DNA of 64,000 nucleotides, taken from positions 186,001 to 250,000 of the forward strand of contig JAQGDQ010000175.1 in assembly GCA_030141605.1 (NCBI GenBank). The letters are read 5' to 3'. Position 1 is the first letter of the stretch. Every line of letters begins with the position of its first letter. Origin of the DNA: Tubiluchus corallicola (taxonomy: Eukaryota > Animalia > Priapulida). Positions 1 to 13,800 of this stretch are shown one piece after another. The position numbers and the translations under genes are program-made. The notes beneath the pieces are model-generated. The model was not told the origin of the DNA. It did no database searches and worked only from the letters and a program-made list of their open reading frames with translations.

Positions 1-797
1 AGTGATTCACTTGGATTTAAAGTTATTCATTACAATTAAGCAACAAGTTTATTTTCCTGCTATACTTGCAATACTTCTTAACTAGCTTCACGTAAAATAA
101 TATATGTAACATGTAACTATACCTGTCCAATTGGAAAGATGTTTCCAACACAATGTATGATGCAATTACTTTGTTTAATCTAGTAACCAGACTACTCGTT
201 ACTTTTCCAAACTGTTAAACTGCCATTTAAAATACCGCCATTGTAACGAGTAGTCTGATTAAACTAGGATTACTAATCTAGCCAAAAACATGCAGCGCTT
301 TAAATTAGGCTGTTTTGATTATTAGCCACCTTGTTTATCTTAGCCGCACCAAACCCAATGTTGCCGTTCTAACTGGGAAAGCCCAGGTATTTTAACTAAG
401 TTCCAAAGATAGCATAAGACAAATTTTCAAGGGTCAGTTAGAACAAATAAAAATATAATAGGTTTGCTCAGTGGCCCTAAATTTTAACTAATTAATACTG
501 TCTAGACTCTATTATTGTCTGGGATTAAGGCATATTATTCGTGCAAAAAATTTCTACATAAAACTGCTGGCAAGTTCCTTTTGTAAACCCTGCTGTGGAT
601 GTTATTCATTGATTTCATTCATTCAGTGAGGACGTTTGTTAAAAACTGAGTTGTGTTTTGCATAGGTGTCATGTACAGTCAATAAATTAGTCTCCAGAGA
701 TGCCATGTGACAACCTTTTAGCTCTTGGTGATACAGCGCATCGTCCAAGCACATTGTTTTAGAACATTTGTGCTGGTTATATACAAGCTAAGTACAA

Positions 798-1165
798 TCA
801 CAGGGCAGCTAAATTTCTTTGCAATAAGCAAAAACTAGTAATACAGGAGTCTGGAGCTCTCTGTAAGCAAGATTTAAAAATATTGTTTATGCCTAAGATT
901 TGGCAGAATTTTAAATTTATTCGTAACAACCATAGTATCCCCCTTATAATAGGCCTCATTATAAGTGGATTATACTTTATTATACATTTGTGCAACTATT
1001 TTGGTCATATGAATGCCGTGTTTAGAGTTGAGAGGGTGTTTTGAGAGTGTTTATCACAATTCAATCTGCCGTTTTTAAATGTAGTAAAAATTTGAATCCA
1101 GTCCACGAAATTATGTATAATGTAGGCAGTTCTTTCAAATGTCCTTGGATCTGTTTCATTCCTAA
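798..1165 (-). mobile_element. Possible highly decayed P-element/THAP9-like transposase fragment
   Basis: Broken frames read TAYIIHNFVDWIQIF and KFCQILGINNIFKSCLQRAPDSCITSF, loosely resembling the TAxFIxxxxxWFDI and RFxQDxLENxFSxxR..PxP..F blocks of P/THAP9 transposases. The resemblance is by eye only. Confidence 0.2.
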
Positions 1166-1404
1166 ACTTTTAATTACAATTAAATAAAGGAAAATAAAAC
1201 TAAAGATTGATGTTATTGTCACCATTTTCAAGAGTTAAATCTTAAATCTAAAATCTAAAAGGAAAGCCGAACGATTGTTTAGACTCCATCTCATTTTAAT
1301 TTACTGTCCTAAATATACATTTTCTTGCCTATAAAAGTTATCAATTGTTTCTTATATTTGAATAATTAGCTTAGAAAGTTAATTAACGGCAACCGAACAC
1401 AGCT

Positions 1405-1661
1405 ATTGCTTACGTCAGAAGCTAACCACAGTTTATGCAAAAGCAGGCAGCTTAAACGCGTGATGTCACGAAAATGGGCTATACGTCATATGACGTCAGA
1501 AACTAATGCTGCAGTTCATTATCACGGTATCATGGTTTATCACGGTGCCGCCTTCTATTTGTCTGCCATGCGCATGTGACAAAAAGGCACCGTTGCCAAT
1601 CTCAGTAGATTCACTGAGTCGCGCTTAGCTTTGAAAGTTTAACAGAACTTGAGTATCCAAG
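1405..1661 (+). promoter_or_regulatory. Probable NAXE promoter and non-coding first exon
   Basis: Locally CpG-rich. CRE-like TACGTCA/TGACGTCA (~1411, ~1482-1498), repeated TATCACGGT, NRF1-like TGCGCATG (~1569), and a donor AAG|GTAATT at 1661/1662. Confidence 0.5.
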
Positions 1662-1949
1662 GTAATTATTATTTAATCTAGGCTTTGATTTAAAAAAACT
1701 ATTGTAGTTTTCATTATTTTAGAGCATTCTTTATTTTGAATTAATGTTTACACAATCGTTCGCTTTTCCTTTAATAATGCCCATTTACAGATGTTTGAAA
1801 TTGCCAGCATTGTAAGTAGCTGTGTCTAGAAGCATTACAAAGCTTCTAGTAAAGTGGGTAAAAATGCTGTTTTTTTGTAATCAAACTAAACTTTGATACA
1901 TTGCATTTTAATTTTATTTTTTATTGCAGAGCCAGTGGAGTGAGGTTAA

Positions 1950-2708
1950 ATGCGGTTTCTTTTTGCAGTCAGATACAGAAGTGCAGCAGCAGCCATGTCG
2001 AAAATTAAGTACCTTGGACAGGAAGAAGCCATAAAAATAGATCAAGAATTATTCAATGAGTATGCTTTTTCTTTGGATCAACTGATGGAAAATGCTGGAA
2101 TCAGTTGTGCTGTTGCAGTAGCTAAATCCTATCCAATTGGTGCTGATCAGATGGGAAGAGTGCTGATTGCAAGCGGGCCAGGCAATAACGGAGGAGATGG
2201 ACTAGTTTGTGCTCGCCATTTAAAAATGTTTGGATACAAGCCGAGCATCTTTTACCCAAAACCAACTAACAAGCCGTTTTTTCACAACTTAGTGACTCAA
2301 TGTCATAAAATGGAGATTCCTTTCTTGGATAGTTTACCAAGCATTGAAGAACTCGATCAGAACTTTGATATCTGTGTAGATGCTGTGTTTGGGTTTAGCT
2401 TCAAGCCTCCTGTCCGAGGTGAATTTCTGGAGTTGATGGATAAGCTAAAGCAGATCAGTTTTCCTACGTGTAGCATTGACATACCGTCTGGCTGGGATGT
2501 CGAGAGTGGAGATCCAGGAGATGGACTACAACCAGATTGTCTTATTTCGCTAACAGCACCAAAGCATTGTGCCAGATTTTTTACAGGAAGGTATCATTGG
2601 CTTGGTGGAAGATTTGTTCCACCAGAAATGGAAGAACGGTATGGCCTGAACTTACCAGTCTATCCTGGTACTGACTGTGTTGTACGTCTGCCTAGTAAAA
2701 ATGACTGA
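1950..2708 (+). CDS. NAXE: NAD(P)H-hydrate epimerase (YjeF N-terminal domain / apoA-I binding protein), 252 aa, single coding exon
   Basis: YjeF_N motifs [53 protein letters not shown] and [10 protein letters not shown] second in-frame ATG at 1995 (MSKIKYL) follows an Arg-rich, acid-free 15-aa leader. Confidence 0.96.
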   Translation: MRFLFAVRYRSAAAAMSKIKYLGQEEAIKIDQELFNEYAFSLDQLMENAGISCAVAVAKSYPIGADQMGRVLIASGPGNNGGDGLVCARHLKMFGYKPSIFYPKPTNKPFFHNLVTQCHKMEIPFLDSLPSIEELDQNFDICVDAVFGFSFKPPVRGEFLELMDKLKQISFPTCSIDIPSGWDVESGDPGDGLQPDCLISLTAPKHCARFFTGRYHWLGGRFVPPEMEERYGLNLPVYPGTDCVVRLPSKND

Positions 2709-4803
2709 CCGATGAGGAGCAATTTACCATCTAATTTGTAAGCTTTCTCAGCTTTAAATTAATGATTTGTGTAATTACCAGTTGTCATTTGTTTGAACTA
2801 TTTCTAGAGTTTAGGAAGTGCCACTAATCCATAATTTAATGCTGAACTCTAAAATTCTTGGAAATATTGCTAACTGATGATAATGAACTTTAAATTTGAA
2901 TTTGTAAAACTTCATAAAACACCATGAATTTATCAAACAAAGCACAAGCGACTTTCTGACATGATTTTCATAAATATTGTGTTATCAAGTCGGCAAGCCC
3001 ATTCAGTTGTGTACAGTTAAAATACATTAGGTAAGGCAGTTACTACATTTAGATTATTTTAGATTTGGGCACGTATTGTACATTTGTCAGCCTTGAGCAC
3101 ATAAAATCTTATAAAATCAACTTGCTCGTTCATTAACCTTAACAGACCTTAGATAATGTGCATGTGATATGCATGTGCATGCATAACACTCTGCAACTGA
3201 AAGTACTAAGATTTTTTTATGAGTCATTTCATAATTGAAAAATATCCAATTATAATCTAACAAGTTAGAACATTTTTATGTTGTTTTTACGATGTAACTC
3301 AGTTTACTTGCATTTAGAAGGTTATGTTGTGCAACCTAGTAATTAAATAAAATATTATGTTTGTAATTGTTAAAAGCACACAAACGTTTAATTCATAACT
3401 GCATTGGTAAAAAATAATATGCAATAAATATGTATGTCGTAAATATGTGGCGACGAAAATAACTCAAGTTTCCAAATTCTAATTCAGATAACTTTTCTTT
3501 ATATATATAACTTTATGCAGTTTTTATACATTTGGAAAAGTTTGTCTGGAGCCTGGTTCATTATTAAAGATATCCTTCTAAGATGAGTCACTGAACCAGC
3601 ACAGGTGTCTCAGCCACATTTAGATACAATTATCCTTTCTGTATGAGGTAAATAGCCAGCATTTGTAATGGTACATGAAACCTCCTAAAGTGAGTATTGA
3701 ACTCAGGCAGACACAAAACATTCATGCACAGTAAACGTCCTTAATCTTCTGCCATACCGCGCATTTTTTTAAAATTTATCAGTGCATAAAAAATGTCAAC
3801 GAGTCTGGTGAATTCCTAATGTGATTGACCAAAAGATTAAAAATTTAGCTAATAAATTTAACCAGAGTAGCACAGCTGCGATCACGTTTAATTTAGGTAA
3901 CATAAGACTTTAGATTGGTGATGAATCTTGTGAGTCATGTTATAATTATGGACAGACTTGTTACTTAGCTGCACAGTATTGTGTGGCTTTTCCTTAAGAT
4001 GGACATCGGATAGCACAAATTAAAATTGTTCCAAGGATATTTGGACCTCGCCTTTGCGAGTGTATACTTAATGTAGGATGACATTTGCGTCACCTAAAAG
4101 ACAGCAGGACTCATTTACGAAACTCAAAATACACGTATCCAAAAGTGTTCGTATAGAATGTTTACTGTTGTTCATGTGACTCTAGTATGGTTGTGGTTTT
4201 GATGATATCAACTTTTATAATAAGAACAAAAATTACATAAGCACCAAGTAAGAAAATATGATTTTTTTCTCAATCAGTCATCACAAATATAGGTAAGCAC
4301 ATGATATGACAGCCTTACATATTTAAATATTTATAACAAAAAATTCAAATGGAAATGCCATTGTAACCAAACAACATCTTCCAATGACTGAGTAGTGCAG
4401 CTGCAACTTCATGTCAACTAGTGTGTCAAGTTTATTGCATCATATATTCCTACATGTAGTGGTAGTTTGTTCAGTAAAACTTAACAGAAATTAACAGGCT
4501 GTAATCCCCTGTATAAATACTTGTGCAGCTACAGATAATGTACAGCTACTAGAACTTAAAGATCTTCTCTTGTGAAAGTCTACTCAGCACCCAAATTTCA
4601 GTTTTTTTCTTTTTGTAAACAAACTGCACCTGTATCTAAAACAGTGGAAGTTTTTTACAGTTCTTGTTACAGACGTACAGTGCCACATGGCACCGAGTGT
4701 TATTCACGAATGGTTTAGAAGTTTTTACAGCAGCTCTCCCTGTCATTCATGAATAGTATAGAAATTTGTAAAGCAGCTCTCTCCAATTATTTCTCTAGTA
4801 TTG

Positions 4804-7800
4804 CTATAATAAACTGCCAATGATTTGACTCCTATGCATTGAAAATGTTGGATATTGTTGATTTAACTTCTTAAACTTTAACGCACAGTCGTTTCTTTCT
4901 TCAGTGCATCCAAGTTCGTTTTTCACAAGTGCCTGAAAATAGACACACATTATCAATCAGCTATAAATTATGTGTTTTACCTATTTACCACCAACAAATG
5001 ACAACAATGATATTTGAAGTACAAAATGGCACATTACCGAAAATGCACTGCAGGCATGCATTCTGCGCTGTAAAAATATGCACTACTGTATTAATTCCCT
5101 CACAGCTATCCTTATTCTGCCCTCTTTCTCAACAAATCTGAGTTTTGTGCAAACGACTGCTGCTGCTTTGCTCGATGGATTTAAATAAAAAACTGCTATT
5201 GACAACATGTTCCAGACCAATAGTAGCCCTTTGATTACAAGTTTTTATCCTAACTGACCATGGTTTGCGATTGATTCAGTTCTGAAATTAGTAAGTTTAC
5301 AGAATGATGACACAAAGATCTATCGTCGAGTTCTAATAATTAAAACTTTAGTACATTTACAGCAGGATTTTTTTCATCTAGAAGCACCAAATTTAAACTT
5401 CTTTTCAAGGAAAGACATAGCGCTTTGCAACAGTATTACTTTAAAAAAGCAACAATATTTTTTATGAAAACCTTATGAGACCTGAGCTTACAGTACAAAT
5501 TTGCTACAAACTCTTTAAGTTACATTACTTCATGAAATATTTGATAACTAGAGTACTTTTTTGCAGCAAAAGCACTCAATTTTATAGAAAGAGTTTACAC
5601 TTCTTTCAAGATTCATCCTTTCAATGTTTAGCTTCATTATAAACACAATACAACACCATTATAGCAAACATTGTTTATTGCACATACATTTGTAATGTGA
5701 ACACAGAAAAAGGAACGAAACTCATCATTCATCTAACCAATATAAAAAAATCACTTTGTATACAGCATACTTGGTTATTGCGTACTGCAGATTTTTTGTC
5801 ATGCCTGTTGCCCGTACACTTATTTGTAAGTGTTTGCGTACCATTTGCAACGTCATGTTGAAAGGTTAGTTCGTCTAGTAGCTAATGAATCATTCAGTGG
5901 CTAGCATCAGCTGTTTTATGATTACTAACAATTAGCAACTTACGTATACTAGCAGCGCACTTCTGAGACGTTCAACAACTTTACTGCAATTATTTTGATG
6001 CAAAAATTTTCTATACAAGAGACAAGCAAAAATTTTGAATGGAATGACTTCGAATCTCATTACATCAAAAATAAACAGTACATGGTTTGGTTTATAATTC
6101 TAGTTGCTTAATAAATCCACAAAGCCTTGTCTGACTGTGGACTATTAACCAGTGAGTATCATGCATTTTTTGTTTATATGCATTAACTAGACATTCCTAA
6201 TTTCCCTCCATATTCACTTTATTGTTCCATTAAAGGAAAGTAAAATTTCTGAAACTGTACCTGGATCTTTGTAGTCGCCTGATTGAAAATTTGTTTAATA
6301 TTATGACCTTTTTATACAGGTCACTCCAATCAAGGCTGAAGGTGAAGGAATAGAACAAAAAAACCTGGATACATGTTCCTAAAATTAGAACTCTCATTGA
6401 TTTTTTAGTGACAAGACGAGTTACCTGCTCCCATTCTTGAAGCAGGTGAAGTTGTAATGAGTAGGAAAAAAACTTCCACATAATTTAATTTATGATACAA
6501 GGTTCGTGGGCAAAAATATATTTATACTTGAAACCAATGAAGGCAGATCTTAAGAACACCTTTCATAATTTTTTGTAGCGATAAAAGTGCCTTATATCAG
6601 TAACGGGTTTCCGCTAAATTACAGGCTTAATTCCATAATAGGCCTGATTAAATTGACAGTATTACTTTGTAATCTTTTGAGTGGGTTAAGGTGTAAGGCT
6701 GAGGCTCCTGCTCAGATGTGGCTGCAGTTGTCTAAGGACAACTGATTATGAAAAAGACAGTTTATTGAAATACTCTCGCTAATAAAGTTGCACAATGAAA
6801 CCATACCTGAAAGTACAATGCATCTTTTAGATATCTAAAGGCTTGCATCATCTTAAATCCAGCTATAGCACCAGTTAGTAAAGAGGTAGCTACGGATAAT
6901 GCTGTAAAAATTTGCAATTTTCAATTAGTATATATCAAGATCAGGAAACCTGCATAGATTAAGTCAAAATATTTTATTGCATTGCTATGCAGTTAGCAGT
7001 TAGCGTGAAATTCTTATTAACAAACTGCATGCTGAACTGTGGTTAACATATTTAATATTTTAGCAATTAGATTCGAAACCTCGAAAGATTTCAAATGAAT
7101 ACATTACAAATACAGTCTGGCAACATTTGCTCAGTCACTATAGATAATATGCCCTGCAAGATGAGCTATAATAAAACTTATATTGGCATGATCAAAAATG
7201 TGGCAGTTCTGTGAGGGGGAGGGATAACTGATAGAACTGATATTTTTTCTATTTGAAGAATGTGGACAAGTACAAATAAATGTTACATGATCATGGTAAT
7301 AATCAAGACAAAGGGTCACAACAAATCCATTCCTGAAAGCAACATACAAAGATAATGAAATAGGAACCATTAAGGAAATGTAAACTTGCTTAATACCTTT
7401 ATGCCGCTCTTGTCTTTGGTTCTTATTAGTTGCTTTTACCAGACATTTTGCATACAAATAACGTGCACACGCTTTGTCCATAGTTGAGTTACCAGCCAAA
7501 ATGTTGATGATTTTACTTTCTATCAGCCTTTGAGCTTGATTTGGCATATTCATTAGAAACTGTAAACAACAACTGTAGTATTGACTCAATCAGGTTACTG
7601 ATTACTGTACTTCCTTGTTTCAGAGTCTGTGCTTGATTAAGGGCCTGTCTGAGACTCTGAGTAAGTACCGAGGAAATAGAATGAAACAATAATATGCGGC
7701 TGTGTTTGAATATCCACAAGAACTACTGAGAAAATACTACAAGTCAATCTTGGTGCTCACATGAAAATTTACTGTTATACATTCTGCAATCCAAATAACA

Positions 7801-10800
7801 TGCAGACTAGCACGCAGGTAATATCACTGGTCACTCTATTTCTGTGACAACGACTTTAAAATATGGACATTGTCATGTAATGGCTATTAGAAAAGAACGT
7901 TTGCAACTAAATTTGGCAAGCCAGATTTAAATTCCATTGTAACAACAATGAACACATGAAGCACTTGTTCCCTTGTCTTTGTTTTACCCTTTTATTTTAC
8001 ATTATTGTTATTGTTTTTTACATTCTGTTCAAAGTTCTAAGATCTTATCTTGTTTATTTGAGTGATGATGAATGCAACATATTTGAAAGCTATCTGATTA
8101 AATTTGTAAATATAATACATTTTGTGTTGTTTTGTTGCTGTTTTTGTTGTTAACCATTAGTTTTCTGATTGTTTTGCACTTCCGGTAGACAGCTGAGAAA
8201 GTGTGTATTAAACTGACAATGTTTCTGCAAATCATGCTGAGTCCACAGTACTTCGAACTTTAAGTCACTAGGATTTTCCAGCTGAGTGGCTATACAGAGT
8301 GCTGATGCACAGACCTTGCTCAGGTTAGTCACGTTAAAATGCAAAGGCACTCATGCTTGAATTTAGGCATGCCTTAGTTTAAATAAAAAATAAAGACACA
8401 GGCTCTAAAGCAGGTAAATTAGGCGTATGGCAACTAAAATAAATGTTTTTCCTATTCCTCATATTAAAATGGATACAGAGCTTTGTTCTAACACAAAACA
8501 AGTTATTCGATCATTCCAAAATATTCAAGATCAGTTAAGAGCCATTTAACATGAAAATGCAAACAACATGCTTGACGTTACTAGACATTGTTGATAAGAC
8601 TAATACATGCAGCAATGCCTAAGTACTAATAATGCAACTGCAATTGCAATCTCTCACATAAAATGCAAATTACCTGTACATTTGCAAGATGCAGAGTTAC
8701 AAGAGCCTCCATATAATGTTTGTAATGCTCTCTACAGATCACAATAGCTTCAGTAAGGTACGTAATTGCTTGTTCTGCAATTCCAATTTGACAGTAATAC
8801 TGACAAATTGTCATTAATACTCTGCAAAAGAAATATGTATAGATGAAAAGTTGCTTCTCATGAGTGTTGACCACACAGCACCTATGAAACAATATTATTA
8901 AATCTGATCTACTGGACATCCTATCCACTGGATGCTAATTTGCTTAGGAACAATGGATAGTGCATAATTAAAATGAATAATTTTGTCATAATTTTTTGAG
9001 CTGTACTTAAAAAACTGTAGCTAAATGCTTGCTATCAAGCTACAACATTGCAGGAAGACCTTAACACAAATGCCATTGCTTTCAAGTACAACAGGATAAA
9101 AAGTGCTAAGCTTTGGCTATATACACTCTACTGCAATAAGCAAAAACTTGTTTTAAATCACTTTTGAGGTCACAGGCTGAAGCTTTATTGAATTTATAGG
9201 AAATGCTCATTACAGGACAAACAGATTAAACAAACTAACAGACAAATAAACATACAAAAATAATTAAATACGACTAAAAAGATAACTTCATTTTGTTAAC
9301 AACGTTATTAACCTTCCTTTAGTTATCAGTCATTGTAGCGACTTCCTGCTGACGTTATCCATGATGCGTTCAGCAGAGATTGAAAGGCAACGTAATTTTG
9401 AATAAAACTCAAATTCAATCCACAAAGTAACTAATTCTAACATTTATTTTTCTCCACAGCCTAAACACTAATAATTTTGTCAAATTAACTTAGTGGACCT
9501 CAACATAAACCTGACAAATTTCTAGTGAATGAGTATAATAGCATCTGACCAGCAAGCCATCAATTGCTTTACTGACTGCAAATCAGCGTGAGCGACAATG
9601 CCTGCCAATGCATTTCGCAGATGGGAGCCACCATCCAATAACATATGTGTGCTTGCATAGCAAAATCGTCCAAAAGTCAGCAATTAAACTTTTCTAGTTA
9701 TTCACATATCCTGAATCTCAATTTCATGAGGATCATTTTGATACCAAGTTCATCACTCTATCTTATTTCTAAGCTGAGATAATCCACATTGAAGATGAGG
9801 TGCAGGCTGCTTACTGAAAATCATAATCTTGAGAAAATCGCTGTTAAAGTTAGCCACTGTTTTTTGTTGCGTTTCTGCGAAACACTTAGCAACAGTACAA
9901 ATGTTGGTCGGTTGAACTTTGCAAGAACTCATTGCTGTTATGTTTAAATCCAGTAGATGGCTCTTTTTGACGCAGATCTGGGCTTGGCAACAGAAAAAAG
10001 ACGAAGCAAAATGACAGCTTCCAAGAGCTACAACTGGAGTTTGAATATACAAGTTTTTCTCAAGTGTAACACTAGTTTCTATACAGAAAAGTGGGTATGG
10101 GGTTACAAAATTAGATTTTTAGTATTTTGAAACATTTTCTTAACAATTTGATGCCAGAATATAAACGTCTAATATATTTACAGTTTGCTTTTATAAAAAA
10201 CAAAAAATTGACATTTGACCAAATTTTTGGTGCATTCTACTTTGAAGCAGCATAACGTAGATTTAACTATGCCAACTTATGCATGGTTTTGGCTTGCAAG
10301 CACACATATCCATGATGCTCTTACAGTCTTGCTTGCATAAGTTACTTATTTGCTTACTTACTTACTTAAAATCAATACCTGGCATGAAAATCACTAGAAT
10401 ATTCACTACTTTGCATTCGATTGTACTCGCTACATTGTTCTTTCAACACTTGCAGTAGATCATATGCTTCAGGTTGCCGACCAACAGCGATGTATAGCAA
10501 AGCTTTTCTGTTGAAAAAAGATTATTAAACAAACATAACTGACAGCTACAAAATACTTCTCAAAGTCAATGATAACTACACTACCAAAATTGAAAACAAT
10601 AAAGAGAGAAAATTCTATATTTTGCTGTTTTTTTAACAGCACTTACGCCATCTTTACGGTGAAGTGCTTGTATGCATCATTTCATGTATTAGGATAAAGA
10701 TATTATCCTAAAATATCAGAGGCATAGCAATGGGGGAGGGCAGTGGCGACAGGGGGCAATCATCGCTGGGCAAAAGTGCGAGAGGGCGCAAAATTTTTCC

Positions 10801-13800
10801 AGAGTTTAATGACTGTTAATTATTAATTACTAATTCGACATTAACAATAATTAACAAAAGTTTTCAAACTGCTACAAAATTTCCTAGTTACAGATCATAA
10901 ATACTACGTACAGCCTACAAAGAAGGCTAATGTCGTTACTTAGCAGCGAGTTTAACGACTGTTTCGTATTATGAGCAACTTTCCTAGACCAACACATAGA
11001 AGAGTTATTCTCGCGCAGTATCATATCAAACTCAGGATGATTCTCAGAAAAAAATTCCTTTAACCTTATCCCATCACGTCGATAAAGGAAAGTGGGGCTC
11101 AGGGATGCAAAAAACATTCACAATTTGTGGCTTCACCCACGAAACAAATAATCAAGACATTAAGAAGGTAGTGCGCCCGAAGTTTTTTGCGATCGGGTAC
11201 CACACGTCACTGAAAAATATATTATTATAAACAAATTTGTGAAGCTCTTTACTTCATAACACATGCTGCAACAGAAGAGCAATAAAAAAGTCAGCAGGCT
11301 AAATAAAATGAATAATTTATTTTTGGAGAATCTCAATAAGAGCAAAAATTGAAAAACAAAACCAAAATGACCACGGATAATAGTATAGTGATAACCAATT
11401 TACTGTGGTTTGCAAACGTTCTGCATATCACAAAACATTTGGAGAATACAATAAATTCACTATGTTGGTATTCGTGGCCATTTTAGCTTTTCAATTTCTG
11501 TTTTAAATAAAACACAGCTTTAAATAAATTAAAGAAACTATATCTAAATTACTCTGTAATGCATTATACAGGTAAATATCATCACACTGAATTGGCATTG
11601 TTCCTGCTCGTTCTAGTGGTACAGCAGATTAATTACAAACTCTTACTTTAAAGAACTCTCTGGTAGGTTTAAAGCAGCAAGATTGTTGGCATGTTGTTCA
11701 GCAGCTTGGAATTCACTTTGCAGGAGGCATTTATGGAACTTTATTATTTGCTCACATTCCATCCACAGATGAGCATGATTGCTGTAAGTTGGAAAGTTCT
11801 GTCGCACATGTGATAAAATTTCTAGTGAAGTGTGAGTGTCACCCTAAACAGACAAAGCAGCAATACATAGTCACTCGCTTCATTGACAGAATATTTGCAA
11901 CAAAATCATTTTCTACAACTATATATATAAACATTGCGTACCATTTTCAAAATTACAACATTAACGAAATTTACAGAGTTCTGAAAAAGATACATACCAA
12001 TTTAGAATAAATAAATATTCCACTTAAGTCTAATGTTACACTATGGTACTGTTTTAGGTGAAATTATGCTTAATACCCTTAAATTTACTTTTTGAAGTGG
12101 TGTGATATGCTTCCTCAAACAAAAGATCACATTTGAACACATTACAACAAAATATTAGTCATACATTTGCTTCTTCACTTCTTGTTTAACAAGGAGACAT
12201 AACTATGCCATAAACTTACCTAGCTATTCCAATTTTCCTAACTACATCAATGTCCCCTTGCCAAGAAATACAGGTTAACATGACCAGGTTTATAATTGTT
12301 CGATCTCTCTACATATCATGTAAATGTAATTAAGATGTGATAAAGAAACAAACCAATTTTGCATAGAAAGATGCCATGTTACACAAGGCAATACACACTG
12401 CCTCTCCATTGTAGTACACATTTTGCTTGGAAGGATCAGACAGATTCAAGTGCAGCAACGTCTGACTGCATAATGACATCATTGAACTGTAAAATGTTAA
12501 CACTTTGGTAAGAATTACGAAATGTTGGTTGCTACAGCTAGCTATTCACATTAGAGGCAAGGTCATGAGTGCAGAAAAAATCAATAGATCTGGAGAAATA
12601 GGAATGAAATGCTAACATGAAAGTTCTCTTTCATTTTTTAATTGCCAGCTTATTTAAATGGTTTATAACAGCAATAAAATAAACTTGCTACAAATGACAA
12701 ATTTCGAAGAAATCATTTGTACGATAATATCATAACTTAGTAGTTAAGTGTGATGCTATTACAATATGTGCAACATTGTATAACCTTTTTTCAAACCAGT
12801 CTAGCTGACAGCAACTAACTTCAACAGTGCAGTCACTTATTAAAGTTGTTCAATCACAATTAGGAATTAAGGTATCAAAACTTATACATTATTAAGCATA
12901 CATTATATAACTTGAAGTAAAAACAGAATTCTGCTTAGCTATTTTTTGTTATTGATAGTCTTGGGCTGCAGTAAATTCTTTACACGAATTTTAGTGAAAG
13001 ACTTGCTTCATTTTTCAACTATTGTGTGAAAAGGTAATGTGGGAACAAGTACCTTTCATTCCATATGATAGCTCTGACCACAAAATGAAGAAGAGGTTAA
13101 AGAATATGTCTGAATGATAAAAGAAATACCTGTTGCCGTACATATCCCACAATGCTGCTTTTTGCGCGTAGCTTGTTGCAAGCAGATCTAAATGAGAGTC
13201 TTGACAGTTGAGAATATCGCTTTTAACTAGGAACTCAAAAGTGTTAGCAGGCGAAACCTTCATTAAAGCTTTGTGCCTTGTAAATGATTGGATTCCTACT
13301 GACACAAGGTACTGAAATGACATGAGAGAATAACAGTACTAACAAAACATTTACATCCTGCTTACTAAATTAAATAGTAGCTGTTTTTGTAGAACTGTGT
13401 ATGATGCCTATATCAGAACAGCTTCTGTATTAGTGAGCATTCCTTAATGTTTATCCTCAATATAGATGACTATTGACTCGTATATCACAGTAGTAACAGC
13501 TTCTGCTTATAAACATTATGCTACTGTATAAACTGAGCTAGTTTGAGCAACAAACAGCGGCATGCAATTCAAAATAACCACATTAAGCATGACAATCGAA
13601 ATGCCCAGTAATGTGTCAAGAATTTTATAGATGTTAAAACAGGCCCATGATAATCAACAACGTTATATATGTTAAAACAGGCACATAATTGCTAAGTTGG
13701 TATAAATCAGGAGTGTCCAACATACGGCCCGCCATGCGTTTCTATCCGGCCCGCGAACTTTCTCTTATTTTGTCAAAATTTAATACAAAGCTTCATTGCG

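Noticed and set aside
6060-6560. Minus-strand RT remnant
   Set aside because: The motif resemblance is too degraded to support by eye.
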